Source: Candidatus Hermodarchaeota archaeon
GTDB lineage: Archaea > Asgardarchaeota > Hermodarchaeia > Hermodarchaeales > Hermodarchaeaceae
DNA length: 64,000 nucleotides
Direction: 5' to 3'
Assembly: GCA_016839365.1 (NCBI GenBank)
Contig: JAEOUH010000069.1
Location: forward strand, 1-64,000
Shown here: piece after piece, positions 9,868-20,269 of the stretch
Position numbering within the stretch: position 1 is the first letter of the stretch
Layout of the letters: each line of letters starts with the position of its first letter
The notes under the pieces: model-generated
Told to the model about the DNA's origin: nothing
The model's input: only the letters and a program-made list of their open reading frames with translations
Databases searched by the model: none
Position numbers and translations under genes: made by a program

Positions 9868-11793
9868 CTACTTTCTGATTCTGAAGAAGTAGACACCAGC
9901 GATGATGATGATAACAATCACCACAACGGCAATGCCTACCCAGAGCAGCGGGTTCGGTGGGGCTGGACAAGGTGTTCGGGCCGGTTGCGTCATAGCAAAG
10001 TGCCATGTTGGGTTGCGGTCCAGAATGATGTATTGTTCAGTCACACGGGTGACCCACTTGTATGCACTGGTACCAGTCATGTCGTATGGAGTCGCAGGGC
10101 TCCAGGTGAAGTTATCAGCTTCATATGGCTCCCAGATGTGCTTGGGCAGAATCTGCACCTGAGTAGCACGGGTGAACTCCATGTATCCAGGATTGTTGGA
10201 ATAGATTTCCACAGTGTAGTCATCCGGGGTATCAACCCGGTACACACTTTGCACGTTGACTGAGGTGTAGGTGCCAAATGGGTGAATGTTCATCAAGCTG
10301 TATTGGACGTCTTCAGAGGTGAAGGGTGTGCCATCGTGCCAGGTGATGTTTTCATACAGGCTGAAGGTGTACAACAGTCCATCTTCAATATCACCAGAGG
10401 CAACGGTGGGTGTGATGGTCCATTCGTAGGCCAGGTTGGGTCCAATCCCAAGATCCTCATCGAGGGGATCAACAGCCCAGAGACCGTCGTAGATGAGTCC
10501 CATGATGGTCTGTGTGTAGCCCGATGAACTCAAAATGGTATTGGTAAAGTCCATACCTTCAGAGAGCACCGTGACATATTCGGTTGGGAAGCAACCGAAG
10601 GGACCACCAGCTGACTCCTTCAGACGAATCTGATGGTATGTGTAGGATTGACCACTCATCACGTTGATACCAACTTGTGGTACATAGCCTTCCCAGATAT
10701 CAGTTCGATAGGCGTGAGTGTATTCGTCGTTGTAGCAGACAATCATGGGCATTTCTTCCATGAGTATCGCACAAGCGTTCCACGCCCAGTTTCGAGCCTC
10801 TAATCGGGTCTCGGCGGCCAGCATCATTGAGGAGTTATAGTCGAATTCAGTGTTGTTGTAGCGGTAGAAGAAGGCATTGTTGTCACCAGCTGTGTGGAAG
10901 AAGTCGTACAGCAGGAATGGTTCACCTGGAGGATTGATGTTCCAGCTGAAACAACCAAGGCTGTATTCACCAGTACCAAGGCCTGCAATCAGAGCATCAA
11001 AGTCGACTTCAACAACTGAACCTTGGAGACCACACAATTCCATACCAGCAACCTGAGCGGTTACCGCTTGGATAGCTGGGTCATAACCCGCAGAAGCCCA
11101 TAATTCGATGGCCATTCCGTCGGGAGCAGCAATGTCACCACGCTTATCGATGCCAACATCATAGTTGCCGTCCTCGTTAGCGTCATAGTAACGCCAACCT
11201 GGGTGGGGCGAGTCGGGAGTATCAATGATGTGTGCCGCATCAAGAGTGGCGTTCGCTAATGCAATGTCTTGGGTGTAGAAGTGCTCACTCATCTGGTCCT
11301 CGTAGGTCCAGAATGTATAGGGGAGGGGAATGGGGTTGTCCATGGGTTGGGCAAATCCACCCCGGGCGTTGGCAACGACTAAAGTTTTATCCAACGCATA
11401 GGAAAGAGCAACACGATACCCGGTAATGTTGGTGGGGAATCGTGAACATTGCATGGTTAACTGTCGATAAATAGCTCCAGGGATAGAGCTGACTGTGATG
11501 GCTGGGTTAGCCTCAAGCTCAGCGACGGATTGGTGTGGGATTCGCTCGTCATAAGAATAAACTTCGCCAGACTGGAGTGCAAGCAGTGCTGTTGCAATAT
11601 CCTCAGATGGATAGACGATGAAAGTTAATCGATCAACGTAGCCACCGTGAGGATTGTAACCGCTTGGATAAGTCCAATCAGCTTGGACCGAAGCGTTTTG
11701 GGGAGCGATGTACGCAAGAGATAGGAAGAGGCCCACTAGTGCGATAGCAGTCACTAAAGAGATTTTTTTAATTTTTGTCAATTCGGAATTCAT
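9868..11793 (-). CDS. family 5 (Opp/Dpp) peptide ABC substrate-binding protein, circularly permuted, with C-terminal TM anchor
   Basis: Signal peptide; YVDRLTF, YRVALSYALDK, YNNTEFD, then LAYEW..YTFSL..WHDGTPFTSEDVQYS and GTSAYKW..LDRNPTW; C-terminal TM plus RIRK. Confidence 0.85.
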   Translation of the reverse strand: MNSELTKIKKISLVTAIALVGLFLSLAYIAPQNASVQADWTYPSGYNPHGGYVDRLTFIVYPSEDIATALLALQSGEVYSYDERIPHQSVAELEANPAITVSSIPGAIYRQLTMQCSRFPTNITGYRVALSYALDKTLVVANARGGFAQPMDNPIPLPYTFWTYEDQMSEHFYTQDIALANATLDAAHIIDTPDSPHPGWRYYDANEDGNYDVGIDKRGDIAAPDGMAIELWASAGYDPAIQAVTAQVAGMELCGLQGSVVEVDFDALIAGLGTGEYSLGCFSWNINPPGEPFLLYDFFHTAGDNNAFFYRYNNTEFDYNSSMMLAAETRLEARNWAWNACAILMEEMPMIVCYNDEYTHAYRTDIWEGYVPQVGINVMSGQSYTYHQIRLKESAGGPFGCFPTEYVTVLSEGMDFTNTILSSSGYTQTIMGLIYDGLWAVDPLDEDLGIGPNLAYEWTITPTVASGDIEDGLLYTFSLYENITWHDGTPFTSEDVQYSLMNIHPFGTYTSVNVQSVYRVDTPDDYTVEIYSNNPGYMEFTRATQVQILPKHIWEPYEADNFTWSPATPYDMTGTSAYKWVTRVTEQYIILDRNPTWHFAMTQPARTPCPAPPNPLLWVGIAVVVIVIIIIAGVYFFRIRK

Positions 11794-11986
11794 TCCTTCC
11801 GTTTACTACCCTTGCGGCCTTGCAGTTTAGCACTGCCGCTAAAGGTCAGACTTCAATCCTCAATGTGATATATATACACTGTGGTATAGGCTGAAACACC
11901 TACATCAAAACCCCATTCAGAAAAAGAGGATGGCTTGAAGACACATTCTGGAAATGGTTCAGCAATCAATCCTTCTGGTTATCTTC

Positions 11987-12259
11987 TTAATCCTCTTCTT
12001 CCAAATCCTCGCTTAGTGGAGGTGGAACAGGGCGTTGTGCTCGAAGTGCACGTGTACTGATTTCGAGGGATAGGATTATTGCCAGCAGAATTCCAAGTGT
12101 AAGGACACCGATAAGCAACAGCATACCTCCAAAAAGGGCGACTAGCCCATTAGTCGTCCAAAAAACAAACAAGAGTACAGATCCTATTGCCAATAACAGA
12201 ATGGGAACTAGAATCGTCCATCGCCGATAGACGACTTTTACTTTACGCTTTTCTGTCAT
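11987..12259 (-). CDS. small two-TM membrane protein
   Basis: 90 aa, two hydrophobic helices, acidic tail, co-oriented with the dpp genes. Confidence 0.6.
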   Translation of the reverse strand: MTEKRKVKVVYRRWTILVPILLLAIGSVLLFVFWTTNGLVALFGGMLLLIGVLTLGILLAIILSLEISTRALRAQRPVPPPLSEDLEEED

Positions 12260-12305
12260 TTTGTAGTTCCTTCATGATATGAATAATCAAATGGGATGCT
12301 GGTGA

Positions 12306-12725
12306 CTAAATTAAATCCTTTGTTCGGGGTTCTAGGACGAATTCGTTGAAGATAAGCCCTGCAACAGTTCCTAGTGAATACGATATGACCAAGGGAAAGA
12401 AAAGCGGGGCAGAAACCGCAAATTGGGAGATAATGAAGAAGGTCGCGTCTTGGGTGACGATTCCTAAGAAAACGGGCGCTGCTCGGGCGAGGGCGATGGC
12501 AAAGACCGAAAGGAGCATGGTCGCTACCATCGCAAGGATTGCGTCCTTGAATTCAAGGCATATTAATCCGAGGAAAAATGCGGGAATGAAGAGGAGAAAA
12601 ATGGCATACTGGGTAAGGAGAGGAAAAAGGTTAGTATAGGTGGTGTGCAGAATTGCCGTGGTGATGATTACTGCACCAGCTATACCATAAGCTGTGAATG
12701 CTATGCGGTATTTTGTATAGGACAC
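12306..12725 (-). CDS. hypothetical four-TM membrane protein
   Basis: 139 aa hydrophobic ORF between dppB and dppA. Confidence 0.6.
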   Translation of the reverse strand: MSYTKYRIAFTAYGIAGAVIITTAILHTTYTNLFPLLTQYAIFLLFIPAFFLGLICLEFKDAILAMVATMLLSVFAIALARAAPVFLGIVTQDATFFIISQFAVSAPLFFPLVISYSLGTVAGLIFNEFVLEPRTKDLI

Positions 12726-12761
12726 TGCAAGAGCCTCTAATGTATTTTTGGATTAAGATTC

Positions 12762-13793
12762 TCAACCATATTTAATCCGTGGATCGAGAACACCATACAG
12801 TATATCTGCGATGATATTCGCTATAATGACTGTGGCGGCTATCATGAAGAATATCCCTTGTGCAACGGGCCAATCATTTCCAGTTAACGACGCATACAGA
12901 AGCCGTCCCATTCCAAGCCAGATGAACACAGTTTCAGTGAGGATTGCTCCACTGATAATGAATGCGAAGTTAATTGCAATTAGGGAGATAAGGGGTAAGA
13001 AGGCGTTGCGAACCCCGTGCTTGTATAAGACGGTGCGCTCTTCTAGTCCTTTTGCTCTTGCCGTAAGAATGTAATCTTCTGTTAAGACATCGACAAGCGT
13101 GTTCCGCATGAGCAACATGTATCCACCAAAGAACGCTAATGTCAAAGTCAACGCAGGTAACACAAGGTGCCAAGCTACATCAAGGGAATATGATATAGGG
13201 TCATTTGGTACTTGACCTGGTGGGCTAGTTGTGTGACCTAATGGGAATATTGGAAATCCAAAGTAAAGCATGGGAAGTACGGAGAACAATAGGAGAAAGA
13301 GCATTCCTAGCCAAAAGACAGGAACGCTGTAAAGGGTCAGGCTAGCTGTAATGAGGCCCGTGTCGAGTGCTCCACCATGGCGGCTTGCAGCGATGATACC
13401 CGTGACCACACCCAGGATTACGGCTAGAATCGTTGAAGTGCCCATAAGGAGTAAGGTATTGGGTAACCGTTCCAAAATATCTTGAGCAACAGGATTACCT
13501 GAACTGAAGCTTATGCCCCATTGGAGCGTAAACATGTTCCGCATATAAGCAAGAAAATGGAGCCACCAATCATACCAGGTTGCATTTGCAGGTGGAAGCT
13601 GGTATAGTGCTCGAATTCGCTCAATGGCTCGAAGATCCATACCTGGTTGAATATACAATATTGCTGGATCGATGCCAAAAATGAAAACGGGCAAGCGGAA
13701 CAAGAAGAAGTTGAAGATGACAATCGCAATGAACAGAGCAATTGCAATAAGAATCCGCTTTATCAGGTAATTACGTAATCCCATTATTACCAC
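12762..13793 (-). CDS. dppB: peptide ABC transporter permease DppB/OppB
   Basis: RLPNTLLL, SVPVFWLG, HLVLPALTL, EDYILTARAKGL (EAA loop), TETVF, DILYGVLDPRI. Confidence 0.93.
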   Translation of the reverse strand: MVIMGLRNYLIKRILIAIALFIAIVIFNFFLFRLPVFIFGIDPAILYIQPGMDLRAIERIRALYQLPPANATWYDWWLHFLAYMRNMFTLQWGISFSSGNPVAQDILERLPNTLLLMGTSTILAVILGVVTGIIAASRHGGALDTGLITASLTLYSVPVFWLGMLFLLLFSVLPMLYFGFPIFPLGHTTSPPGQVPNDPISYSLDVAWHLVLPALTLTLAFFGGYMLLMRNTLVDVLTEDYILTARAKGLEERTVLYKHGVRNAFLPLISLIAINFAFIISGAILTETVFIWLGMGRLLYASLTGNDWPVAQGIFFMIAATVIIANIIADILYGVLDPRIKYG

Positions 13794-13901
13794 ATCAGTT
13801 GGAATATATCGTGGAATCTGAAATACTAAGACTAATAAAATTAACTGAAGAGGTATTTTGTTAGATGTGTTCTATGGATTAGAACACGAATAAGCTAGAA
13901 T

Positions 13902-14162
13902 ATGGGTGAGAATACGATAATGTCTGGTCAAATAGGGTATCGTGCTCTGATTGAAACAAGATCCACGTTAAAATGGTTCATTGTCATTGGAATCATTTTA
14001 ATCGTCATTGGTGTCTTGGTTTCCTTTGTAAGTCCATTAGCAATATTGATTATCTGGTTAGGGATTGCCCTCATTGCACTTTCCTTTATCATTCTGCTCT
14101 ATATTTGGTTAACCGATAAGCTTCTCCCGCAACCTAGTATGGATCGGGTTACTTCGGTTTGA
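13902..14162 (+). CDS. small two-TM membrane protein
   Basis: 86 aa with two hydrophobic helices. Confidence 0.55.
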   Translation: MGENTIMSGQIGYRALIETRSTLKWFIVIGIILIVIGVLVSFVSPLAILIIWLGIALIALSFIILLYIWLTDKLLPQPSMDRVTSV

Positions 14163-14180
14163 AAACTGGTTGATTCTTTG

Positions 14181-14684
14181 TTAAGGAGGAATGATTCGTA
14201 CACCCTCAAAGGTGTTGATGCGTATTACTTCAAGACTTTCAAGGAAGCCAGCATTTACATATGGCTCTTGATATAAGAACCAACTCCAAGTGTCTGTGTC
14301 TTGAGCTTCTTGTAGTAGTTCCCAGTCGTCTTCTGGAGTGGGATAATAGAAGCTAAAGGTTCGATTTTCACCAGGCTGAAGATAAAATGAGGAACCCTTA
14401 ACCCCCCAACCGTACCTAAGGGTTTCGTTATTTAACCAAATCCGGGTATCTGTGTGTACAAATTGAAGTGGTGTGTTATGTGAGGGATTATCGATGTTCA
14501 CGGTCACTTCAACTCGGTGGAACCGTCCACTAGTTTCGTTTTTGATCACACGAATATCTGTGATTTCCATATTGAAGCTGAAGGCTCGATAAGTATCTCC
14601 CTGATAAAGCATGGAGATACTAAGGATGAAACTAAATCCGATGATGATTGCAAGGAAAATTATGCTGCGGCTTCGTCGTATCAT
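14181..14684 (-). CDS. membrane-anchored LEA14/WHy-like beta-sandwich protein (tentative)
   Basis: N-terminal TM then beta-rich domain with VTVNIDNPS..PLQF and LQPGENRTFSF. Confidence 0.5.
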   Translation of the reverse strand: MIRRSRSIIFLAIIIGFSFILSISMLYQGDTYRAFSFNMEITDIRVIKNETSGRFHRVEVTVNIDNPSHNTPLQFVHTDTRIWLNNETLRYGWGVKGSSFYLQPGENRTFSFYYPTPEDDWELLQEAQDTDTWSWFLYQEPYVNAGFLESLEVIRINTFEGVRIIPP

Positions 14685-14870
14685 ATCAAAATCATCTTTC
14701 CATTCATTTTTAGAATAAACGCAAATCGTTTTAAACCATTGGTAAAGGCATTTGGTGTTTTCCTGCTCATACCGTCAACTTAATATAACTTTTAAGTAGG
14801 TTCGGATTCTGATTATACTCATTCAAAATCTTGGGCACCTATCTTCAGGGGTTTCCTGGGTGATCAACTT

Positions 14871-16382
14871 ATGAGTGAAAAAAGATACAAACACCGGTTA
14901 TCGATTTTTGAACGGGCTAAAGGCGTTTGGAGTCGATATAGAGAGGTTAAACAAGGGCTTTTTGGCCTGATTGTTGTAATCTGGTTTTTCTTAATGGCTG
15001 TTTTAGCCCCCACCTTGTTTCCAATTTACCCTGGAGTATTGGTGAGGTCGGGACCAGATTATGCTGCTCCGCAGTGGATGTCTTGGACTTCCCCTGCTGA
15101 TTTAGGTAATAATATCGCAAGCCCACCTGCGCAAAACTTTATTCCAGACCCCTTTTTTGATTTTGATAATGGTTGGGTTATTAACGATTCATCTGCTCAG
15201 GCTTCATATTATTACGATAATGTTGACTTCGTTGGGAGTAATACTGGGAGAAATCGATCTCTCGTATTGCAGTTAACCGATACTTCCAATAATGAGACAT
15301 TCTATGGTGAAGCAGTTTCTGCTGAAATAACATTTAACTGGCCACATATACCGCCAGCACTTGCGTATTTGTACTTTCAAACACAAGTGGCAATAACCGG
15401 GAATTTAACTGAAAATGCCGTGCAAATTTACTATCAAATCCGGAATGAGGCACTATTCACTGGTGTAATTTCTCCAACCCAATACACCTTCATCGTGTAT
15501 CCTCGATATCCGCCCACTTGGCGGTTATATACTAACATTTTAACAAGCCAGGTGATGAACCGGGCGTTTCAAGCAGGTGAGGAAGTCACGATTCGAATCT
15601 GGATGGAATTCCGCGCTCCATCTGGAAACGCAAATCAGGTTGGAACGGTATCGCTTTGGTCCGATGATATTCAGCTCCAAGGCTATAGCCATTTCTGGGG
15701 TCCCTTGGGAACAAGTGATGTCGGTCAGGATGTCATGGCGCAGTTGTTCTGGGGCGCACAGGTTTCGCTGTATATCGGAATTATTGCCACCTTCATTGGA
15801 GTCGCAGTGGGTCTAATCTTAGGTCTTGCAGCAGGATATTTTGGTGGTGCGGTCGATGAAGCAACAATGCGGGTCACTGATTTCTTTATCATTATACCAA
15901 CACTTCCTGTGATGATGATATTATCTGCGATATTGAATCCGAGTCTTGGAATTACGGTTTTCGTGATAGCGCTATTCGCATGGCCGGGTCCGGCTCGGAT
16001 CATTCGTTCTCAGGTCCTAGTGGAAAAGGAGAAAGCTTATGTCGAAGCAGCGAAAGCCGCTGGAGCAGGCGATGTCTATTTGGTCTTTCGCCATGTCTTT
16101 CCGAATGTTCTCACTATCGTTTTTGTACAACTCGCCACAGGGGTATCAGGTGCAATCCTTGCAGAGGCTGGATTAAGCTTCCTCGGACTCACCCCGCAAA
16201 ATCTTGTATCCTGGGGTCGTATGTTACAAGCGGCGTATAACCAAGCAGCCCTCACACAGATTCCTCCAGCCTGGTGGTTCTTCGTTCCACCTGGGCTCTG
16301 CATTGCCTTGCTTTCCATGGGCTTTATATTCATAGGATATGCAGTTGACAAAGCACTTAATCCACGACTTCGAAGACTGTAG
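14871..16382 (+). CDS. dppC: peptide ABC transporter permease DppC/OppC with a large extracellular insertion
   Basis: PLGTSDVGQDV, AGYFGG, ARIIRSQVL, YVEAAKAAGA, RHVFPNV, EAGLSFLGL, SWGRML, LNPRLR. Confidence 0.93.
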   Translation: MSEKRYKHRLSIFERAKGVWSRYREVKQGLFGLIVVIWFFLMAVLAPTLFPIYPGVLVRSGPDYAAPQWMSWTSPADLGNNIASPPAQNFIPDPFFDFDNGWVINDSSAQASYYYDNVDFVGSNTGRNRSLVLQLTDTSNNETFYGEAVSAEITFNWPHIPPALAYLYFQTQVAITGNLTENAVQIYYQIRNEALFTGVISPTQYTFIVYPRYPPTWRLYTNILTSQVMNRAFQAGEEVTIRIWMEFRAPSGNANQVGTVSLWSDDIQLQGYSHFWGPLGTSDVGQDVMAQLFWGAQVSLYIGIIATFIGVAVGLILGLAAGYFGGAVDEATMRVTDFFIIIPTLPVMMILSAILNPSLGITVFVIALFAWPGPARIIRSQVLVEKEKAYVEAAKAAGAGDVYLVFRHVFPNVLTIVFVQLATGVSGAILAEAGLSFLGLTPQNLVSWGRMLQAAYNQAALTQIPPAWWFFVPPGLCIALLSMGFIFIGYAVDKALNPRLRRL

Positions 16383-16393
16383 GTGAAATCAGA

Positions 16394-17401
16394 ATGTCAT
16401 TAAAGGTTGAAAATCTAGTTGTCTACTATTGTATGCGTCGAGGTGACTGTAGAGCTGTCGAAGATGTTACCTTCGAAATCGAGTCGGGTGATTCCGTCGG
16501 TTTAGTCGGTGAATCAGGATGTGGCAAGAGTACGGTTGCGTTTGCTATTCTGCGCATGCTTCCTGAACCGGGGGAAATCATGAGTGGGCACATCTATTTT
16601 GATGGTGAGGATATCGCTCTGTTAGGTGTCGAGGAGCTGCGGAATTTCCGCTGGACAAAAATAGCCATGGTGTTCCAAGGTGCCATGAATGCACTCAATC
16701 CTATTCTCCGAGTCAGCGACCAAGTTAGTGAAGCCATGCTCAGACACGATGAGAACCTCACCAAAGAGGAAGCTAAGGATAAAACCAGGGAGCTGTTCAA
16801 ACTTGTGGGAATGGATCCAGAACGAATCGACCATTATCCATTCGAATTCAGTGGAGGCATGAAACAACGAGCCATGATCGTAATGGCTCTTGCCTGTGAT
16901 CCCAAGTTTCTCATAGCTGATGAACCTACAACTGCCTTGGATGTCACTGTTCAAGCCCAGATTATGGAATTGTTAAAACGCCTCGTCAAGGACTTGGGGA
17001 TTACACTCATGTTAATCACCCATGACCTCTCCGTCGTGGCTGAGACCTGCAACAATGTTATTATCATGTACGCAGGCAAAATTGTTGAAACTGGATCTGT
17101 TCTTGAAATCTTTCAGAAACCCTGGCATCCATACGCTCAAGGCCTCATCTCATCGATTCCGTCCATTGAGAAATCCAGTGATCAGACTCTCGCCTCAATT
17201 CCTGGCTCCCCTCCGAATCTCCTTGATCCACCGCTTGGTTGCCGATTCCATCCACGATGCATGTATGCCCAGGATCTCTGCAAGGTTGAAGATCCCCCAT
17301 TGCTAGAGGTTAGCCGAAAACACAAAGCTGCCTGTCACTTAGCCAGTGGTCGAATCAAAGATGATAAATGGTCACCGGGTAAAATGGAGGTAGAAAGATG
17401 A
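16394..17401 (+). CDS. dppD: peptide ABC transporter ATPase DppD/OppD
   Basis: GESGCGKS, FSGGMKQR, IADEPTTALDV, GCRFHPRC. Confidence 0.95.
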   Translation: MSLKVENLVVYYCMRRGDCRAVEDVTFEIESGDSVGLVGESGCGKSTVAFAILRMLPEPGEIMSGHIYFDGEDIALLGVEELRNFRWTKIAMVFQGAMNALNPILRVSDQVSEAMLRHDENLTKEEAKDKTRELFKLVGMDPERIDHYPFEFSGGMKQRAMIVMALACDPKFLIADEPTTALDVTVQAQIMELLKRLVKDLGITLMLITHDLSVVAETCNNVIIMYAGKIVETGSVLEIFQKPWHPYAQGLISSIPSIEKSSDQTLASIPGSPPNLLDPPLGCRFHPRCMYAQDLCKVEDPPLLEVSRKHKAACHLASGRIKDDKWSPGKMEVER

Positions 17402-18450
17402 GTAAATCGCAAGAACCCATCGTATCCTGTCGTGGTCTGAAAAAATGGTTCTCTGTCAGTGCTGGATTCTTTGCTCAGCTAGTTGGCGGTGAAACGTATC
17501 TCAAAGCCGTAGATGGTGTAGATCTTGACGTCTATCCTGAAGAACTCTACTGCCTTGCTGGCGAATCGGGGTGTGGCAAAACAACCACCGGAAAACTCCT
17601 TGTCGGGCTCCTGAAACCAACCGGTGGTGAGGTCACATTTGTTGGTGAGAACCTCGACAAAGTTAGCCGTCGTAAACTTCGAAAACTGAGGGCTAAGATG
17701 CAAACGATTTTCCAAGATCCCTATTCTTCACTGAATCCACGGCTCAGCCTCTATGATACAATTGCTGAACCCCTTCGATTAAACAAAATCGCTCAAGATG
17801 GAGCAGACGAGGAAGAAAGGGTGGTTCGTGCACTGGAGGCTGTTCAACTTGTACCTGCCGCAGACTTTACCTTTAGGTACCCCCACGAACTCAGCGGTGG
17901 CCAACGTCAACGTGTGGCAATCGCTCGCGCAATAGTGGTGAACCCCGAATTCATCGTAGCTGATGAACCCGTCTCAATGCTCGATGTATCCATTCGTTCC
18001 GAGATTCTCAATCTACTTGAAAAAATCCGAAGAGAATTCCATATTGCTTACGTGTACGTTACCCATGACCTGTCAGTTGCTAGCTATATTGGCGACCGTA
18101 TCGCGATCATGTACCTCGGTAAGATCATGGAGAAAGGGACCATCAAGCAAGTGATTCATGGTTCGATTCATCCCTATAGTCAAGCATTGATTTCCGCCGT
18201 TCCCTCACCGGACCCAACGATTTCAAGAAAACGGAAAGTACTCCCCGGTGAACCTGGGAGTCCAATTAACACGCCACCAGGCTGTCTATTTGCCCCCCGT
18301 TGTGAATTTGCCCAGGACCAGTGCCGTCGTGAAGAACCTCCACTAGAAGAGCTCGAACCTGGTCATTGGGTTTCCTGTTGGTTCCCTCGACCCCCATTAC
18401 TGCTAGGATTTGATCCTGCGGATGCTTTGAAGGAAAAGGCTAAAGCCTAA
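17398..18450 (+). CDS. dppF: peptide ABC transporter ATPase DppF/OppF
   Basis: GESGCGKT, LSGGQRQR, VADEPVSMLDV, GCLFAPRC; ATGA overlap with dppD. Confidence 0.95.
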   Translation: MSKSQEPIVSCRGLKKWFSVSAGFFAQLVGGETYLKAVDGVDLDVYPEELYCLAGESGCGKTTTGKLLVGLLKPTGGEVTFVGENLDKVSRRKLRKLRAKMQTIFQDPYSSLNPRLSLYDTIAEPLRLNKIAQDGADEEERVVRALEAVQLVPAADFTFRYPHELSGGQRQRVAIARAIVVNPEFIVADEPVSMLDVSIRSEILNLLEKIRREFHIAYVYVTHDLSVASYIGDRIAIMYLGKIMEKGTIKQVIHGSIHPYSQALISAVPSPDPTISRKRKVLPGEPGSPINTPPGCLFAPRCEFAQDQCRREEPPLEELEPGHWVSCWFPRPPLLLGFDPADALKEKAKA

Positions 18451-18470
18451 TCGCCCGCATTTGTAGCTGG

Positions 18471-18887
18471 TTGTGCATCCAGTTGGGTCAAGACCCAATC
18501 CTCAAACAATTACGCCATATCATCGATTTGCTTAATCGTATCCTCGAACTACTTGATGAAATTAATCGACCAAAGAGCCGGTATGTATTTTGGCGGCTTT
18601 TCTTCCCTTATGGTGAATTTTCAGGGCAAAAGAATGCGGCCAAGCAAGCTTCCTTGCTTATGCTTGATGTACAGATACGAATGGATGATATGGAAGAGAC
18701 CCTTCATAAACGCACCCATCCTCTTGCCACTTCTATTCGTGAGCTGAATTATCTCGATCTGAAAGAGTTAGGGATTCAGCTTGTGGAACTACCCACACGT
18801 GCTCAATATATGGGTGATCAGATTGAGGAGTATGGTAAGAAAATTAAGTCTCTGATCAAAGAACTTGAACAACCAGGCAAAACCTAG
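18471..18887 (+). CDS. hypothetical helical protein
   Basis: 138 aa ORF filling the gap between dppF and trpB2; no recognisable motif. Confidence 0.55.
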   Translation: MCIQLGQDPILKQLRHIIDLLNRILELLDEINRPKSRYVFWRLFFPYGEFSGQKNAAKQASLLMLDVQIRMDDMEETLHKRTHPLATSIRELNYLDLKELGIQLVELPTRAQYMGDQIEEYGKKIKSLIKELEQPGKT

Positions 18888-18943
18888 GTTAGGCAGTTCT
18901 GATTATGTAGTGGTGCCGTCTTTGGTTGAGACTTACTCTCTTG

Positions 18944-20269
18944 TTATTCGAGTTTCAGTGGTTTAGCATAAGCTTGCATATCCAAGAAGCCGTGTCCTGA
19001 AACATTGAAGGCAATCACAGCATCTTCGCCTTTTTCCTTGAGTTCGAGGGCCTTATCTATGGCTCCAGCGACGCCATAGGAAGATTCTGGTGCTGGGATG
19101 AAGCCTTCGGTTTGAATAAACCGTCGCGCTTGGCTATATACATGAACTTCATCAACAGGATACGCAATTGCGTCTAGCAGGTCAAGGTTCCTTACAGCAC
19201 TCATAATGGGTGCGGCGGCTGAATATCGAATCCCTTCAGCCCAAATTTCGGGCATTTCTACATCATGACCTAGTGAATACATTTTCAGCAGGGGTGTGAG
19301 TCCTGCGTGGTCTCCATGGTCATACATGTATTTGCCTTTGACGAGGTTTGGTGATGCTTCACTTTGTGCGGCAAGGAAGTTGCATTCGCGTTTACCTTGG
19401 AGGACTTCACCGATGAAGGGAAGGCTAAATCCACCAAAATTGCTTCCGCCTCCAAAACATCCGACTAGGAGTGTGGGATTATCCTCTGCAATTTTAAATT
19501 GTTCAATGGTTTCTAATCCGATGACTGTCTGGTGTAACAATACGTGGCTAAGCACGCTCCCCAAACAATAGATGCTTCCATCCCGATTCAGTGCGTCTTC
19601 GATGCCTTCGCTGATAGCAATCCCTAGACTTCCAACATGTTGTGGATTCTCTCCAAGGAGCTTGCGCCCAAACTCTGTTTCTTTACTAGGGGAAGCAAAG
19701 ACATCAGCGCCATACAGGTTCATGAGGGTCCGTCGACCCGGTTTCCAACGATACGCTGCACGCACCCAAAAAACTCGGCATTTTAGCTCATTTAACGAAG
19801 CGGCATAAGATAACGCTGATCCCCATTGGCCTGCACCCGTCTCGGTAGTGACCTCTGAATAACCTTCCTTTACCGCATAGTAGGTTTGAGCTAATGCTGT
19901 GTTGACTTTATGGGAGCCTGTGGGTGAAAGGTCTTCACGTTTGTAATACAGACGAATATTGTCAGGGAGTTTCAACGCTTTTTCTAAGCGTAACGCACGC
20001 ATAAGGGGGCGTGGACGACCAGCTTGAATATAGAGTTCGCGAATTCCTTCAGGTATGTCTATCCATCGGTCCGTGGAATTCTCTTGGTCTAGTACTGTCT
20101 TCAGCAGAAATTTCGGAAGCATTTCGAGGCGTGAGGGCCCGTCCTTTGGGTCCATCGGTGGTGGTAGGGGTTCAGGTAAATCAGCTGCGAGATTGTACCA
20201 ATGTCGAGGAAGCTGATCAACAGGTAAGTTGTATTGATTAATCATTTCAGGCATCATAACCGCCATCAT
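18944..20269 (-). CDS. trpB2: TrpB-like PLP enzyme (TrpB2), stand-alone
   Basis: WYNLAADLP, KREDLSPTGSHKVN (PLP lysine), TETGAGQWG, GGGSNFGG, PAPES, SGHGFLD; no trpA nearby. Confidence 0.93.
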   Translation of the reverse strand: MMAVMMPEMINQYNLPVDQLPRHWYNLAADLPEPLPPPMDPKDGPSRLEMLPKFLLKTVLDQENSTDRWIDIPEGIRELYIQAGRPRPLMRALRLEKALKLPDNIRLYYKREDLSPTGSHKVNTALAQTYYAVKEGYSEVTTETGAGQWGSALSYAASLNELKCRVFWVRAAYRWKPGRRTLMNLYGADVFASPSKETEFGRKLLGENPQHVGSLGIAISEGIEDALNRDGSIYCLGSVLSHVLLHQTVIGLETIEQFKIAEDNPTLLVGCFGGGSNFGGFSLPFIGEVLQGKRECNFLAAQSEASPNLVKGKYMYDHGDHAGLTPLLKMYSLGHDVEMPEIWAEGIRYSAAAPIMSAVRNLDLLDAIAYPVDEVHVYSQARRFIQTEGFIPAPESSYGVAGAIDKALELKEKGEDAVIAFNVSGHGFLDMQAYAKPLKLE

